Of a stretch of 64,000 nucleotides of DNA, positions 59,306 to 64,000 are shown in pieces. The stretch lies in the NCBI RefSeq assembly GCF_009914755.1, contig NC_060926.1. One strand, 5' to 3'. A program made the translations under genes and the position numbers. Positions within the stretch are counted from its first letter, which is position 1; every line of letters begins with the position of its first letter. Source of the stretch: the human T2T-CHM13v2.0 reference genome, Homo sapiens. The notes beneath the pieces are model-generated. The model saw only the letters and a program-made list of their open reading frames with translations. It ran no database searches and was not told where the DNA came from.

Positions 59306-59705
59306 AAGGAAACTGAGGCTCAAAGCAGATGAAGGGTGATCTTTCTGTTCCCCAGTGCTGCTTGCCTTACCTAATATGTCAGAGGGTGACACGAGGAGGG
59401 GAGCATTCAGTTCTAGGATACGCATTGTCTCTACAAGCATTTATGGAAACTTTCAGACCATGACGCTAACTCATGCCATCCTTCCTCAGACTCCCCTAGA
59501 GCTGGCGTGACACAGTAGGAGGTGCTGCCTGAGTGTGCAGAGTGCGCCTTCACAGTGCCTGTCCAGGAGGACTGAGTTCACTGGGTGAGCACCTCAGTCC
59601 CTGGTCCCTGTTGCCTCATCTGTGAAACAAAGGGGTTACCAGTGTAACGCTAAGCATAGACCACAGACTATAGCCTCATCTTTTGGTGCACCTGAAGGAA
59701 GTTAG

Positions 59706-60637
<932 letters not shown>

Positions 60638-62253
60638 TAACATGCTCTCCAGGTACTTTTTTTGCTTGCTGAAGTGGAGAACCTCTGGGTTCTGACAGTG
60701 GACTGTCAGAGGTCTTCACAGACTTGAGTCCACAGATGCCTTCAGGTGCCAATTCAGAGGCCTCACGGTTGGGCTTCCTGGGTCCCCACCCTGGGTCAGT
60801 GCAGGACTCAACCAGAGCAACTCCCCTGGGGTTCTAAGAAAATGAATGTTCTCCTTCTCACTCATTAGAGGTTAGAAACTGCTGGGCTGGGGTCAGGGCC
60901 ACTTTTGTAATTTGTGGGGTCCAGTGCAAAATGAAACTGCAGGGCCCCTTATTCAAAAAACAGGAGGAAAGCTTTTTTCCTTTCTTCTGTGGTCTTCCAT
61001 GTCACAGCGGTTTTTAATTTGTGATTTAATGTCATGCACCCTTCAGGCATGGGGATATAGGCAAGGCGAGTACAGACCCTCACCAGCTTCCGGACCTTCC
61101 TGAGGAAGCTGCAGTTTACAGGGAAACCTCTGAGCTCTTTTTGGAGCAAAACTGACTGCAGCTGGCAGCACGCAGTTACTTAGGGTGATTAACGAATGCA
61201 TTTGAAAATTCCCTCCTGCTTCAGCCTCAGCCTGCGCCTGAGCTATGGTCAGTGCAGCAGTGCATTTCTGTATAATCTCTTTTGACAACTGAGAGGGGGG
61301 CCAACCCACAAGACTAACCCAATTACAGCAAAAGAGAGACCTGGCTGCTCCCTGTCGACAAGGTGAACACAAGGGTATCCCCTTTCGGGGATGCGGTGCT
61401 TCAGGACCAGTGGGCTGCCGGCACGGGAAGTACTTTCCTGCTCCAGCATCTTGAGATATTTTTGCTTTGTGACAAACGGTGGCTGTCACTCCTGGGCTGT
61501 GTCAATTAGGCACAATCTGCTTGCACCCCCACAGCTGGGCCTGAGATACTTCAGCACAGGAAGAGATATGCAATGGTAAGAGCCCTTATCCGGGATCAGA
61601 AAAGTTGGGGTCTCTGGTTCCCTATCTTGCTGTGTGGCTTTGGGTAGAGCATTCAGTCTCTTTGGGCCTCAGCATTCTCTTCTGTAACATAATAAGGTGT
61701 TAAAGTAGATTACCCCCACCTCTTCTTCTCTCTCATTAACATTCCATGTGGGTAAGGATTTAAGAGAGAGTTTTCAGTCTATACTGTTAGTTTTACAGGT
61801 AGAGCTGTAAGAACATAGGGCAGAGGGGATATACACCAAAACAAGGGTTGGGGTTACATCATGGAAGGCTAAAGTGTCCACTTAAAGAGTTTGGCCCTTC
61901 TTCATAGACAACAGGGAGTCATTGAAGGCATCTAAAGAGGGAAAGGGATATGTTCAGAGCTGAGCATTAGGAAGAGGAAGTGGGAAGCGATGTTTCAGAA
62001 GAATTGAGGATGGAAAAGTAGCCAGCTAAGTAGTGACCACGTGTGCACACACCTTTTGCACTTCCTGGACAGCACCAGGCTGCCTCCCTAATTCACAGTC
62101 CCACCAGCAAGCTAAGAGAGTCCTTATTTCCTCATAATCTCTCTATCACTTGGCATTGTTAGACCTCTACATTTTTGCCAATGAGATGGTTAGGAATTGG
62201 CATGTCATCGTACTAATTTGAAATTGCATTTCCTTGGTTAGTAGTGCAGTTGA

Positions 62254-62391
<138 letters not shown>

Positions 62392-63154
62392 TAAGTCTTT
62401 GACCCATGTTGAATTTATTTTGTGTATAGCATAGGTAAGGATGAAATTTTATCTTTTTCCACATGGATACCCAGTTGTCCTGGCACCATGTATTGAATGG
62501 TTCACAGGTCGTCTCCGCTGCCCAGGGTGAGACAAGCAAAGCACTGGTTCTCAGGGTTGTGCAAGCTCATGGCCGGCAGTAGAGAGTGAACACCTCCTTA
62601 AGTTTTGCACCCTGGGCACCTCACTTGCCTCCCCCTGCATGCCTGGCCTGGCTGTTGCTCTCTGCACCTGGGAATCCAGCCCAAGGTGAGAGGGCTTCTC
62701 TTCTCTTGTCATTGACAGTCCCCGACACACACAAGACTTTGCGTCTTCTGCTTAGGAATGTTGGTTCCTGATACATAAGGGGCTTTGTGAAGAAGGAGGA
62801 AAAAGAACTCTGGAATTTCCTATCAGCTCTGGAGGTGTTAGGAGGGGTGCCTGGGACTAGGGCAGCTATGGTGAGACCTTTCGGGGTGAGGGTCAGGGAC
62901 CTTGTGCCCCAGAAGTGCTGTTTGAGGCTTCACAGTTTTCTGAGGCTTCTGGGGGCAGGACGCTGGTGCTTACATGGCCTCTCCCCTCTGCGCTGTCAGG
63001 AACAAACCCTGGAATGCCTGGTAGTTGTGGTTCTGCCCCCTGCCTTCTCCATAGAATATGGAAGGTGCTTACAGAGCACCCTAGAAAGTTTAACCTACTG
63101 CACAGATGTGGACTCAGATAGCAGTAGAAGTAGAGAAAAATTTTCCTCTTCTCT

Positions 63155-63450
<296 letters not shown>

Positions 63451-63611
63451 TTCTCATTCTCTTTTAATCCTTCTAATTGCACCTGGGAGAAAAGCTAACC
63501 TATAAAGCCCCCTCCCTGACAACACTTGCTAATCTTCCCCTGTTATCCCCTAGAGACTGGGCCTCAGGCTTGGGAGCCTTGGTGAGTTATGGTATCTGAC
63601 CAGATATTTAG

Positions 63612-63918
<307 letters not shown>

Positions 63919-64000
63919 CATTGTTTTGTTTTTGTTGTATTTATTTGGGAGGAGTTACCTTCTATTCTTGCAAGTGATGGCAGTTTGCTATTAATGATGC

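Noticed and set aside
60691-60710. Palindrome tctgacagt-gg-actgtcaga
   Set aside because: About one 9-bp-arm palindrome is expected by chance in a window of this size.

Overview
Primate (human-like) genomic DNA. It is repeat-dense and shows no recognisable intact protein-coding exon, RNA gene, CpG island or prokaryotic system. I count roughly 55-60 Alu copies or fragments, about 20 LTRs (ERV1, ERVL and MaLR types, many nested with readable target-site duplications), plus old L1, L2, MIR and DNA-transposon remnants. The only gene-derived sequence I recognise is a decayed processed pseudogene of EIF3J (minus strand, ~45140-47105). It is inserted in an L1 and was later split by a solo LTR and Alus. 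Nearly all ORFs in the supplied track are Alu- or LTR-derived or chance frames. The most unusual structure is an apparently non-repeat inverted duplication at ~1102-2036: ~265-bp arms, a 34-bp perfectly identical block and shared GATA/ETS motifs. There are also several templated micro-rearrangements (hairpins, copied junctions, a trimeric Alu, a re-used Alu target site) and a CpG-retaining cluster of ISRE/GATA/ETS motifs near 6.0-6.3 kb. I see no convincing evidence of a new biological system. Repeat family names come from recalled consensus sequences and need Dfam/RepeatMasker confirmation. I cannot place the locus on a chromosome.
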